DNA of 64,000 bases, taken from contig OX597821.1 in the NCBI GenBank assembly GCA_951406725.2, positions 10,478,001-10,542,000 of the forward strand. Direction: 5' to 3'. Positions 29,796-42,599 of the stretch are shown here, in pieces. The translations under genes were made by a program, and so were the position numbers. The number at the start of each line of letters is the position of its first letter. The stretch's first letter is position 1. Below the pieces are notes generated by a model. It searched no databases. It was not told the origin of the DNA and saw only the letters and a list, made by a program, of their open reading frames with translations. This DNA is from Octopus vulgaris. Lineage: Eukaryota.

Positions 29796-30540
29796 TTCAT
29801 AAATGCATAAATACACACCCACGTGTGTGATTATGAGCGCACGCGTGTGTGTATGTGCGGGTATGATTTTTGAAAGTATGGTGATTCTAATATGGCCTCA
29901 TAATCAGATTTCACGACATTCCGTGGTTCGAACAGATGCAATGGAAACACTGCCAAGAATATTTCTGTGAATGTGGCTGCTCGTCACCAAAGTTCACCTC
30001 GGTCAATCTGTGCAGCGAGGCCACAAAGATCTGAGCAATCATCACCTTACTTCTATCTGTGGAAGAATAAGTCAGACACACAAATAAGACCATAAAGTGT
30101 GGACAAAAATTAAAACCCCAGGAAGCTCAGAAGGAAGTAGTGATATACTAGAAGCAGAATTGTATTGATGCATTAGTGTGTGAAGAACGTTGAGGACGTT
30201 GTAATTTACAGCACCATCAGGCTGCAAGAAAAGATACGAAGGCCGACAGAAATAGCTTATATTGGAAAACATTTGTGATTCAACTGGGGGGAATTCCGGG
30301 TTGAAGGCAGTAGGATGTTTCCCAAAAAGATCAATGGATGCATTGTTAGACCCCTACCCAGCAATTTCAAGTTTTCTACCCATATTAGAAAGGATTATTA
30401 CTAGCACTATTTCTAAATAAATATTGGTAGAACTAGTCATAGTAGTATTGGTGATCGTGAGGGTGGTGATGGTGGATTTGCAGGTTGTTCTGGTAGTGGT
30501 GGTGGTGGTAGTGGTGGTGGTGGTGGTGGTGGTGGTGATG

Positions 30541-30599
<59 letters not shown>

Positions 30600-30600
<1 letters not shown>

Positions 30601-31330
30601 ATTCACGCACAAATATCCACTTTGTGTTTACTCTTTCTGAAGTTGACGCAATAAACAATTATGCACACTGCTTACCAAAGAAAATCAATACAAATAATAA
30701 TCCCTTCAGAGTAACTTCTAATTACTGATACATCAAGAGCTTGATTTAATTGATCTTTCGCCTGATTTTCGTAAATAGTAATTACTAATTTACTGCTTTC
30801 ATAATAAATGTGTTTTCGTTACTACATATTTATAGCTTTCCTTTGCTTAACGGTAATTCATAAAATATTTTAATGTTAACTTATTGTGGGGAGCGTAGCA
30901 AGACATTACATTGGCATATATCATAGAAACTCAAATTGTGTTCGACAGATAGAATTCTTTCTATCCAGACGAATACGACGAAAGAGTTTAAATTTCAAAG
31001 GCACATAAAAGTGACGCATTTTTCTGTTTGTGAAGCGAACATTTTCACTAGAGTGAAGCTGTGAACAAATGTTTTATACTCACGTTTCTACATTCGTTGC
31101 AAATGCAGATCGTTTTCGCCCAATGTTCTTGTTCACAACACGTTTAGAGTAAGTGTTCTTAGATGAGAAGCTAGTAACAACATGGGATTCAATCTTAGTT
31201 TGAAGTATGCTGCTGATTGGACATGTATATTATCTACAATCACTGAAAATAATAGCTATCTTCACACGTGGAACAAAATACATCTATTCATTCTAATATT
31301 CTGTGTACCAAATAGTACAATATTTCCTAA
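30600..31330 (-). repeat. Copy A of a triplicated segment (dead TLR LRR-LRRCT-TM portion)
   Basis: Highly similar to ~35890-36650 (direct) and 39948-40380 (inverted). Minus strand reads IERILSVEHNLSFYDICQC (LRRCT-like) and VTLKGLLFVLIFF (TM-like). Confidence 0.9.
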
Positions 31331-31660
31331 AATACTTCTTATAGATTCCTTTCCTGAAAATTAATATGGATCTCTGATAAAGGAAGATTGTCCTACCTCC
31401 TTTATGTTGTCGCTCAGATCTTGCTAACCCCGAAAAATCGTAAAATATGACCGATCTCACTATGTCCTGGGAGGATAGACTAGATATATCCAATCAGATA
31501 AAAGAATGAAAATATCAGTATTGTGTAGACAAGGCTCTTTTTTCATTGGGATTGAGAATGGCGTGCATCCTAAATCCCAATTAAAGCTTTCTGTCGAGGT
31601 TTCCCATCAGGAACAGTGCCGTATGACACACACACACACAAACTCATACACACACACACA

Positions 31661-31695
<35 letters not shown>

Positions 31696-32213
31696 TATAT
31701 GACATACGTATGTTTTAGCTTTATATTTTACTTGTTTCAGACATTAAGGCTTCGGAAATGTCTCGAAGAATTTCAGACGATGGATTTGACCCCGTTACTT
31801 AGTGTGCTTACTTTAGTGAAAGCCTACAACTCATTCTATCGGTTCCTTTGATTAACCGCTAGGTTACGTGTCCTTGAACACACTAATATCAGTTTTGAAG
31901 CGTTGGTGATGGATAAACAAACAAAAATGCCACACACATACACATATATACAAATAAACACACACTCACACACAGACGTATGCGCGTATGTATTATATGT
32001 ATGTGTGTTTTATATATATATATATATATATATAGTACGTTTAAATATTTGTTCTGCAATATTTGTTACGTGAAGTCGTGTGTTGAAACAGATATTGTTA
32101 TATTTCGGAATGCTCATATTGCCAGTTTAGCCAATAAAAACACACGCTGTATATATTTGGTGTTATTTTGCTTCAGTGATATTTATTTTCTACATTAATC
32201 TTAATCTTATTTC

Positions 32214-32258
32214 GGCCAGAGTTCTTTCGTCACACTCCTGTGACCGCATCAGTGGTCC
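32214..32258 (-). ncRNA. Atypical hammerhead-like motif in the pLTR (second copy 34913-34957, +)
   Basis: GGACCA-CUGAUG-CG-GUCAC-AGGAGU-GUGAC-GAAA-G-AA-C-UC-UGGCC. Non-canonical at position 9, with a very short stem III. Confidence 0.55.
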
Positions 32259-32611
32259 TTTGTTTTCTTCTTTCGTATTTGTGTCTCTCCTTACTAACCG
32301 TCAGCCATTTTGTATTTCTATTGTATGTCTTCATTTGCGCATGCTTATATCTCTATGTGCGTCTATGTTTATTTAGTGTGTGTGTGTGGGGGGGGCCTGT
32401 AATAATTGTATCTTCTGTTTATATACATTCATGTAATTTGTATTTTGTTTTTGTTGTTGTTGCTTTTGTTCTAATTCTGTTCATGTGTTTACATCCACCC
32501 ATTATTATCATTACATATGCTTGTATGTATGTATAACAACAATATTAGTAATAATAATAATAAATCTAATCGAAAAAAAATATATATATACATATACACA
32601 TATATATACAC

Positions 32612-32662
<51 letters not shown>

Positions 32663-32789
32663 CATATACATACATATATACATAGATATACATACATATA
32701 TATATAGTTATTCATTTCTATTTGTTTATTTATCTGTGTATTTTTTATGTTTTCGGGATCCTCTATCGTCATATGTTGTGGTGTGTGCT

Positions 32790-34282
32790 ATTGCTCCATT
32801 CTAGTTTTCTATTCAGGCTAGGTTTATTTTCTATTATATGTGTAGCTTCTGCAATTTGTCTAATTGTTGCATCTGTTCTATGTGTGGACAATATCTTAAT
32901 CTCTATGTTATTGATTGATCCTCCGTGTTCCTGTTCGGCGTGTTGGTACAGAATCGATGAGCTTTTACCTTCCTTGAGTTGTCTCCAATGTCATTCACCC
33001 GCTCTCCTATGCTTCTTGCCGTTTCCGCTATGTATGTTATTGTCTTGTTACTGCATCGTCCCTCTATACATCTTATACTATAGACTACATTTCTGGCTTT
33101 ACAGTTTATTTGTGGGCTAAATCTACATACAGTGCAATAGTTATCCGTACAGGGGGTTCTACTAAAAGGTTAGGTTCTACCAATTATAGATTTGATAGGG
33201 TTGCCTGGCTTTTCAACAACCTTAATTGTTAGTTTAAGTTTATCTAGGGTCCTTCTAAAGCGGTACGCCAGTTCACCTCCAGGGGTGGTGTCAATGAACA
33301 TGACACTCTGGTATTTATGGCTATCATACCAAGAGTTGGCCTTCCCTATTTCCTTTTTTGTCCTTTCTATAGTGTTCCATGGCTTGTTCCTATAGAGTGG
33401 GCAAATCCCATTCCTATCATTACATAATATATTATCAAATTTCTTCATGGCTCCTTTGTATACTCTGATCCTTTCTTTATGGCTGTAACCTGAGAACTGC
33501 ATGCGGTGAATGAAATACTGTATGTGTCTCTTTAATTCTGTAGGCTCGCACATGCGTGACACATTTCTCATTATTCTGACGAGGTCTGCCATCAAAATAT
33601 TGAATTTGGCATTGCCCGCAATGGCTGAGTTCCGGTGGATCAGGTATTTTGAGGCCATAGGTTTTGCATAGTATGAATGAAGGATTTGGGTTTTATTTTT
33701 CACAATTTCTAGCCAGAGTTCAGTGTCTAGTACTGGTAGTCTATGGTTGGGGTGTTTAGTGGGGTAGTCTATTGTGACCTTAATACTCTGGTGGATGGAG
33801 TTAGCTATTTGCTGGATGCTCTCCATAGTATTAGTTTCTATTACTATATCAACATTACTCTCTTGTGGGGGTGCCTTTACCACTATGTTGATATCATCAA
33901 CATAGCGAGAGTACATGATTACGAGTATGGATTTCTGCAGTAGGCGTTCTTTAAGCCTTCTGTCCCACCATACCATGAAAAGGTTGGCCACATCACCAGC
34001 GATACTAACACCGATGGCTGCCCCCTCGTCCTGGGTATATATTTTATTATTAAATTTAAATGTGTGGCCTTTTAGGGTAACTCTTATACTAGCTCCTAGT
34101 GCATGTGCGATCATTTTCTTTACCTGATGGACATTTGCGGGGCTCCGTATGGCTCTGGTCCATCCGCGCCATCTTTCTATATGTGTCTTCCTAGCCATAG
34201 AAGTAATTGTAGGCGGTCTACCTCTTAAACATCTACTGGGGCAGAAACTGTTAAGATTATGTTTATCTAAGTATTCATTATT
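32790..34282 (-). pseudogene. Penelope RT + GIY-YIG ORF, disrupted (stop at 33170-33172, later frameshift)
   Basis: YTQDEGAAIGVSIAGDVANLFM, YSRYVDD and LPVLD. Beyond the stop: a Cys-rich linker CTDNYCTVC..NC, then NVVYSIRC..YIAETARSIGER..EATHIIENKPSLN. The N-terminal ~134 aa of ORF 33170-34684 is antisense pLTR, not RT. Confidence 0.93.
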
Positions 34283-34511
34283 ACATAGAACAGATGCAAC
34301 CATTAGACAAATTACAGAAGCTACACATATAATAGAAAATAAACCTAGCCTGAATAGAAATCTAGAATGGAGCAATAGCACACACCACAACATATGACGA
34401 TAGAGGATCCCGAAAACATAATAAATACACAGATAAATAAACAAATAGAAATGAATAACTATATATATGTATGTATATCTATGTATATATGTATGTATAT
34501 GTATGTATATG

Positions 34512-34554
<43 letters not shown>

Positions 34555-35666
34555 GTGTATATATATGTGTATATGTATATATATATTTTTTTTTTTCGAT
34601 TAGGTTTATTATTATTATTACTAATATTGTTGTTATACATACATACAAGCATATGTAATGATAATAATGGGTGGAGGTAAACACATGAACAAAATTAGAA
34701 CAAATGCAACAACAACAAAAACAAAATACAAATTACATGAATGTATATAAACAGAAGATAGAAATATTACAGCCCCCCCCCCCACACACACACACTAAAT
34801 AAACATAGACGCACATAGAGATATAAGCATGCGCAAATGAAGACATACAATAGAAAAACAAAATGGCTGACGGTTAGTAAGGAGAGACACAAATACGAAA
34901 GAAGAAAACAAAGGACCACTGATGCGGTCACAGGAGTGTGACGAAAGAACTCTGGCCGAAATAAGATTAAGATTAATGTAGAAAATAAATATCACTGAAG
35001 CAAAATAACACCAAATATATACAGCGTGTGTTTTTATTGGCTAAACTGGCAATATGACCATTCCGAAATATAACAATATATATATATATATATACAGAAA
35101 GCGAAAGAGAGAGAAAGAAAGGAAAAGAGAGAGATAGAGAGATACGGATTACACCATAGAAAAAATAGCAGTGTACTACTATATAACGCTTAACTGCTCT
35201 ACGTAATATTGCAATATATCTCAGTACTATTTTATTATATAGTATTTGTTTCAGCATTTCCTACCAGAGCGTTTGACAGAACAATACATCCCCCGTGAAG
35301 TTTACTTTTTATTTTTTTTATCTCTTTTGCACTAGTAACATAAAGAAATTGTTGACGTATGAAACAGATAATATCAAATTTAAGCCGCCTCACCGCTACA
35401 CACATATGCACAAAAAACAAATCAATAGGACTGATCGCTCATTAATAGCTATTCCTCATTACCGATAGATGAATCAACTGACTCTAGTCATCCGGACATT
35501 TCAAACGCGTAAGTAAACAGTAATAATCATTTACTTCCACACATAATAAATCGTAAATATTTGTTTGTTATATATATTTAGTTGTAAAAAAAGAACTATT
35601 ATCGATTTGTGTTTCTTAGCTATTCAACATACTGCTTAGTTATTAGGTACATTTGTCTCTATGTCA

Positions 35667-36650
35667 TAAGGTCTGAGTTCAGCGCTTTTCAAATGCACTC
35701 CTACTGCCGCATAGATGCAAATTACGACCACTATATAATCAATCAACCTCGTTCTTCACAAGTAACTATGCCTTCATGATCTTTCACTATCAGTATGTTT
35801 TCTTTCTGTTTTGATCTTGGCTGATGTGGGATTGTTGATTCTTTTTTTGTTTGTGTATATTGGCGACCTCTTCGAAAACTTTTGCAAAATTCACGCACAA
35901 ACATAAATTCTGTATTTACTCTTTCTGCAATATAAACAAAAATGAAGGTTGGCTGAAGTTGATACGATAAACAATTACGCACATTACTTACCAAAGAAAA
36001 TCAATACAAATAATCATCCCTTCAGAGTAACTTCTAATTACAGATACATCAAGATCTTGATTTAATTGCTATTTCACCTGATTTTAGTAAATAGTAATTA
36101 CTAATTTGCTGCTTTCATAATAAATGTGTTTTCGTTACTACATATTTATAGCTTTCCTTTGCTTAACGGTAATTCATAAAATATTTAATGTTAACTTATA
36201 TTGGGGAGCGTAGCAAGACATTACATTGGCATATGTCATAGAAACTCAGGCTGTGTTCGACAGATAGAATTCCTTCTATCCAGAAGAATACGACGAAGAG
36301 TTTAAATTTCAAAGGCACATAAAAGTGACACATTTTTCTGTTTGTGAAGCGAACATTTTCACTAGAGTGAAGCTGTGAACAGATGTTTTATACTCAAGTT
36401 TCTACATTCGTTGCAAATGCAGATCGTTTTCGCCCAATGTTCTTGTTCACAACACGTTTAGAGTAAGTGTTCTTAGATGAGAAGCTAGTAACAACATGGG
36501 CTTCAATCTTAGTTTGAAGTATGCTGGTTGGCCAAGTATATTATATACAGTTACTGAAAACAATTGCTATCTTCACACATGGAACAAAATACATCTATTC
36601 ATTCTATTATTCTGTGTACCACACAGAAGAAAATATCCAAAATGTTCCTT
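35667..36650 (-). repeat. Copy B of the triplicated segment (dead TLR LRR-LRRCT-TM-TIR portion)
   Basis: Longest copy. ORF 35743-35994 gives TIR-like FIFVYIAE..EFMFVREF..KENILI followed by WS*F. Confidence 0.9.
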
Positions 36651-36769
36651 TATATCTTTGTTTACTAACTGCTTGCTGTCCACCTAAATCACATCTAAAT
36701 ATTATTCACCCAGGTCTACCCACTAAAATAAAAATCATTACTGAGTTAAAATAGAATGTTGAAAGTGAA

Positions 36770-37080
36770 AATATCCGAGGAGTCACAAGTGGAACGAGCT
36801 CGATGATAATATAAATTTCCCAGTACCATAGGTTTCAACAACGGTTATCAGTGGTCTGCTGCATGACACATTGGTTGTTTGGGACCAATCAAGAATCTAT
36901 TATCCCTGTTCATCAAAGACAGTTAAATGGCAGAAATGCCGACCGAATTTTACAAGGAACTACTGTATGGAATGCTGACTAAAAACTACTGCATCCATTA
37001 TAGTGAAACGTGTATCGGAGCGTTGAAAGCAAGGGCGTGAGACGTCAATTCAATCTATTAACCAGCCGAAATTGCAAAGA
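36770..37080 (+). mobile_element. RTE-type LINE 3' remnant
   Basis: KELLYGML motif. Confidence 0.45.
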
Positions 37081-37309
37081 ATCATCTGGAACTCGACTGA
37101 GGAAAGAAAACTTCGAATGACCCTTCTTTGTTTTCTTTGCATCGTCTATCTGGAAGCTTTGTTGTCCCTCTTTTGTATCACCTAACTGTCTGGATGTTTT
37201 GCGTTCTTATCGCGTTTTGTATTTATATATATTCATGTATTCATGTATTCATGTACTTATATATATATATTTATGTATTATATATACATTCAAACGCATG
37301 TCTGTGAAG

Positions 37310-37570
37310 GGCTGCCACACTCACCGTACTCTCCTGATTTGGCACAAACGGATTTCCACCTCTTTCGATCTCTTTGAAATGCTATGCGCGGAATTTCGTT
37401 CAATACTGATTGAGAGCCTCGTTGGATCAATTTTTCGAGTCGAAATCGGGTGGTTTCTACCGACGAGGTATTGAAATTCTTGTTGAACTTTGGGAAGAAG
37501 TTGTAAACAACAAGGGTGAATACATTATTCTTTAATTAGTTGTTATTTTTTTTTATTAAACATTTTAAAG
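37310..37570 (+). mobile_element. Mariner transposase C-terminal fragment
   Basis: LPHSPYSPDLAQTDFHLFRSL..FYRRGIEILVELWEEVVNNKGEYI. Confidence 0.92.
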
Positions 37571-38084
37571 ACTGGATTTCTGTTAAATAATATTTGGTGG
37601 GTATTTATTATTTTGTTAAGAACTAACTTTTTGGTAGGTACAAAAATCTGGATGAAAATTAAATATGGGTCAGATAGGTATAATATACAGATGTGTAGAG
37701 TTGGACACATCTATAGACACGTCAACTATTTTGCATACAGAAGCGCCTATGTGTTTCCCACGCATACACCCTTATGCAGCCGACATGACCTAGGTTGATA
37801 GAGGCTAGGCTAGCATGTGGCCGGTGTTCTAATGATCACAGCGGCAAACTCTTTTGAACCAGATCTATCAAAATGTATCCGGAGGAGCCTTTGCGTTGGT
37901 CCGCGTGTCGCGCCTTCTGCAATTTCCTGAAATAAACAGAATCAAATTACTTGACTCAGTGTATAACTTGCAAGCCTTCTTCCTGTTTCCATCCTCTTCC
38001 ACCCTCTTCATCCAATGCATACTTAACTACAAATCGACTAGCTGCCCTGCTGTGGTAGACACCAAGGTAATACCTGTCTTTAGC

Positions 38085-38430
38085 TAGTTCTGTTTGTTGC
38101 ACCCTAGAATATTTAGCTGTTTCTTCAGATCAAATTTTATTATGCATTTCAGTGTGACAAAATAAAATATATTCGGAATCTGCTTGGGTTCTGAAATGTA
38201 TCTCTCTTTTGTCAAAGCTGGGATGCTACAATATTTACTGCTACACATCCTCTTTCTAATATCTTCAGCAATGATCATGTGGAACTGGTCATGTCTCCAG
38301 TGAGAGTATCCTTCCATCAGTACCTTAGAAGAATTGCTTAAAATGTGATTCAGGGCCTTTGTTTAGAACACAGGCGACATGCAGGGGTTTCCGCAAAGCT
38401 CCAGTGAAATACACGTGTTCTGTTGTGCAG
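38085..38430 (-). mobile_element. hAT transposase remnant
   Basis: IAEDIRKRMCSSKYCSIPALT..IS..KQ resembles hAT YFSIxxDExxDxSxxEQ. Confidence 0.45.
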
Positions 38431-38749
38431 TAATTTTTCAATCTAATGCTTAACAGTTTTTAGATGTAAAATGAAATATTAATAAATAGTTGCGTATATA
38501 TATATATATGTGGGGGGGGGGTATCAGTCACAAATATACAGACATCCCCGCCTGCGCTTTTCTTTGTGCTTATACTTTTTTTTTATTTTCGAACTGATCT
38601 CTTCATTTAAAACTTCTTTCATGTTTTAATATGTCACATATATAATCGCGCGTGACCTACATGAGTATGAAATCATATTTAAATATTTTTCTCGTATCTA
38701 ACACGCCCACGTGCCCATTCTTGGAGTAGTAATTACTTATGTAGCTCAA

Positions 38750-39591
38750 AAAAACTCAGTTCATTTTGCACAAGTATACACACTGTAAAATAGACACTTA
38801 CAAGAATGAGAACATAATCTCATTTCATGCATAGTTCCATCACACCCAATAAAACACACACCGATATTAATCTCATGCAGTTTTATATTTCTGCATCAAA
38901 AAGCGTAATTTCAATTATAAAGAGATACGCTTGCGCACACAATGTTATTTCACTTGTGCGCAGACACACATGACAAGAGAAGCAATAATATTCTTGCGCG
39001 TTTAATAAGATAACCTGCCAATTTATTGACTTGCTTCAGATTCATGTAGAATGAAATTTCTGTTATGTACAATGTACATGTCCATTACTTACATCCAGCC
39101 CGGACATGCACACATATGGACGAATAAATGTACAGGGATACTCACTAACTGTCATACAGCTGATTTTCATACATGGATATAGGCCCCAAAATTACACATG
39201 TACGCATATAACATCTTACGTCTGTATGCCCTTACACTTCACACATCCAAATAGACATATATGTTCACACACAGAACAGCAGTTACAGATATCGTACAAA
39301 CTCAGTCACATTATATGCTTGATAACATATCCAGAAGCACTTGTAAATATACTGCCAGTCTCTTTTTTGACAGCACATTTTAAGAGGCGACACTCTCGTT
39401 ATAGAATTCTCTTTTTTGTTTGACGTTCTTTGAATATATTATCCGCTTTCATTTTTTAAACCTTTGTGCATTTTTTCTTTAATTTACATCGTCTCAGACG
39501 AAGAAATATATATCCAAAACATCAAAGACATATTTTTTCCCTTTCATTGAAGCATTAAATGCCCTTCCTTTTAGTTTCTAAGGTATTGTGC

Positions 39592-39663
<72 letters not shown>

Positions 39664-39947
39664 CTGAGCGTGTGCAGTCATGCGAATATATAGGCAGTGC
39701 AATATATATTTATTCGAGTGAAACTTTCTGATCACTGAGATTGAGTATTAATTCGAGTATAATTTACACACATACATAAGTACATAGTTACGCGTACCAC
39801 CACAAATCCTCGAATAAAAATCCATAAACGCAGAAATATTCACCAGCGCAAAAACATATTTCCATATACATTGAAAATCACACAAATAAACCCATAATTA
39901 GTAAACGCATGTATATATTTCACAATGTCAATAATTTATCCTCTGAC
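38750..39947 (+). pseudogene. LRR-like remnants upstream of, and co-oriented with, copy C
   Basis: EHNLISCIVPS, IKRYACAHNVISLVRRHT and SITYIQPG. Confidence 0.35.
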
Positions 39948-40605
39948 TTTGAAATTTAAACTCTTTCGTCGTATTTGTCTGGATAGAAAGAATTCTATCA
40001 GTCGAACACAACCTGAGTTTCTATGACATATGCCAATGTAATGTCTTGCTACGCTCCCCAATATAAGTTAACATTAAATATTTTATGAATTACCGTTAAG
40101 CAAAGGAAAGCTATAAATATGTAGTAACGAAAACACATTTATTATGAAAGCAGCAAATTAGTAATTACTATTTACTAAAATCAGGTGAAATAGCAATTAA
40201 ATCAAGCTCTTGATGTATCAGTAATTAGACGTTACTCTGAAGGGATGATTATTTGTATTGATTTTCTTTGGTAAGTAATGTGCATAATTGTTTATCGTAT
40301 CAACTTCAGTCAACCTTCATTTTTGTTTATATTGCATTCTCGAGAAAGAATAAATACAGAATTTATGTTTGTGCGTGAATTTTGCAAAAGTTTTCGAAGA
40401 GGTCGTCAATATATATACAAACAAAAAAAGAATCAACGATCCCACACCAGCCAAGATCAAAACAGAAAGAAAACATACTGATAGTGAAAGATCATGAAGG
40501 CATAGTTACTTGTGAAGAACGAGGTTGATTGATTATAGAGTGGTCGTAATTTGCATATATGCGGCAGCAGGAGTGCATTTGAAAAGCGCTGAACTCAGAC
40601 CTTAT
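39948..40605 (+). repeat. Copy C (inverted) of the triplicated segment
   Basis: Reverse complement of ~35667-36313. ORF 40278-40481 shares NTEFMFVREFCKSFRRGRQY with ORF 35743-35994. Confidence 0.92.
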
Positions 40606-40749
40606 TAGAACAGAAAATTTTTATGATATAAAAAGTACTGATATTGACATAAATAAATATATGTACGAAAAAGTCCAACCAATTTAAGTGATTTGCGCTT
40701 TGATTTTTTTCTAAGAAACTTCGTTTAACTTCATGTGATGAAAACAAGA

Positions 40750-41760
40750 AAAGCATTAACATATACTTAATCAAATCAAATATCGTTTAAAATACGAAAA
40801 AAGTATATATGACAAAATATTTCAATAAATGATTTGCAGCCATACATCTGTAATATTTATTTTGAAAATACTTTTCAAAACTTGGCGTCAGAAATTAAAC
40901 ATTCTGAGAAATAAATTACATTGGTTGAAGTTATGAATTCAAATTATGTCGAACATGTAATTGTCCTCTATTAACCGATGCCAGCTGCAAATAATTGATA
41001 AAATGTCAACAATGATAAACAGACTAAATGATCGTCAATAATTTTGTTACCCATATCAACGTTTCAATGAAACTGCACATTGGGTAAATTTTGTCGTCAC
41101 TCTTCTATGGTATTCATAGATTGTAATTGATATTGTTAAATACATAGATATGCTGCTACTCTCTGTTGTATTAGATCGGAGTCGTGTGTTATCTATATTT
41201 TGCCCTAACTTCAAGCTGACTGAAAATACGGCATCGTTCTTAGAAAAAATATACCACCTAGCTCTCAAGTGATTTTATAGTAGCCAATCTACAGGTACCA
41301 TTCCCCTTTACCAATAACCCATATCCGCTATATGGTTGTAGCTGCTGATCTTTGCCATTTGCTCAATCTGTCCGACACGTAAGTTTATTTTATCTTACAC
41401 AGTTTAATTCCTTTATCATGGCTTTACATAGTATGCAGTATACATTATGATCACTATAAATATTTTTAATCCAACTGGAAAGAAATATTTTAAATATATA
41501 AACATATTTCTTTGATCTATATATAGTTTGCCAGAGGGAACATTTGGCAATTCCCAAGTGTGTTTCCTTAAGGATCGGTCTTACATTGAAGTTCCATATG
41601 GTGTTGGCAATATTGTTTCTTTGTTCCGAGGATTTATATATCAAAAACAAAAAGGGAACGTAGATTTTCCGTTTGCAGGAGTTCATAAGTTGTGTGCAGC
41701 ATCCCTTCACATAATAGAATTATGGATCTGTATAGCTTTTGCAAGACAAATGTAAGCCTA
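40750..41760 (-). pseudogene. Decayed TLR gene (LRR, LRRCT, TM, TIR)
   Basis: RPILKETHLG and FLSSWIKNIYSDHNV (LRR-like), KISSYNH..W..DWLL (LRRCT-like), SISMYLTISITIYEYHR (TM/juxtamembrane), KVFSK*ILQMYGC (TIR-like). Confidence 0.45.
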
Positions 41761-42398
41761 TAGAGAATACCCTTTGAACAGCAGAGTCATGCATCAGAGG
41801 GCTGGTGGGATTCTAAAGATTTGAAAAAAGGTGTGATGTGAAGTAGGAGCGGTCAGGAATTGTGTGCTTTAATGACCATATGGCAAGACTCCCCAAATTC
41901 TCCCGTTGCCTACCAGAGCCCCGACAAGAAATAAGCTAACACAACACAATTTATTCCTTTGGACATGTAGGAATAGATGTCATTCTCTTGTTTCATCTTA
42001 CCATCCGCGTAGGAAGTGGCTAAATGTTTTCAGATTCATGTGTCTGCACACCGGATGAAAATAATAAACATTTTTTTTTCAAAAATCTGTCAGGACCAAC
42101 ACAAATGTTTGCTCCTAATGCATTCATAATTTAGCAGTTTGATCGAAAGTGACACAGAGAGGCCAGCAATATTTTCACAAAAAAGCCGTTTTGTTATATC
42201 CTTAGGCTAAGAGAGGAATATGTGTCTGCGAAACTTTAAGTAATATATGTTGAGTGAACGTGTTAATAAATAGTTTTAAATATGGAGACATTGAGTACAG
42301 TTTTCTTTTCTTAAAATACAAAGACGCGTGTGTGAGTGCGCATAGGCACTCACACACACACATATATGAGTGTGTGTATGTAAGTATATATACATACA

Positions 42399-42434
<36 letters not shown>

Positions 42435-42599
42435 TATACATCTACCCATCTACATAGATATAGGTGTATGCGGAGGGAGAGGGCAGGGGGGAATGTTTCA
42501 AACCATTGTTATTGGCATCAACGTGAAACACATTTCATCATAAGAATTTCTAGTATTTTCTCTTGCATTATTTTTCTTCGTTTTTCATTATCGATTTTG

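Larger units (their letters stand above)
32092..35079 (-). mobile_element. Penelope-like retroelement, 5'-truncated, with ~790-bp inverted pseudo-LTRs (32092-32883 / 34283-35079)
   Basis: The arms are near-identical reverse complements, including an internal (TA)n. RT and GIY-YIG coding sequence lies between them. Confidence 0.95.
31400..35660 (-). pseudogene. TLR-like LRRCT-TM-TIR remnant split by the Penelope insertion
   Basis: NDYYCLL (~35515), VAVRRLKFDIICF (ORF 35235-35420) and VKRYIVVHCYFFYGVIRI (box2-like, ORF 34973-35257). NTDIFILL..DISSL (~31470-31520) resumes beyond the insertion. Confidence 0.4.

Noticed and set aside
29910-30350. Possible L1/Tx1 C-terminal remnant (ETL..IF.EC)
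   Set aside because: Only one weak motif; cannot be supported without a search.
27120-30762. Spliced Ig-domain receptor with signal-peptide exon (LKGLLFVLIFF|gtaag) and exons 27582-27688 and 27122-27409
   Set aside because: Reading continues across the supposed splice sites into LRR or TIR-like sequence. The hydrophobic stretch sits between LRRCT-like and TIR-like motifs, so it is better read as a TM helix.
34283-34684. Hydrophobic N-terminal extension of the 504-aa RT ORF
   Set aside because: Fortuitous open frame through the inverted pLTR and its (TA)n tract.
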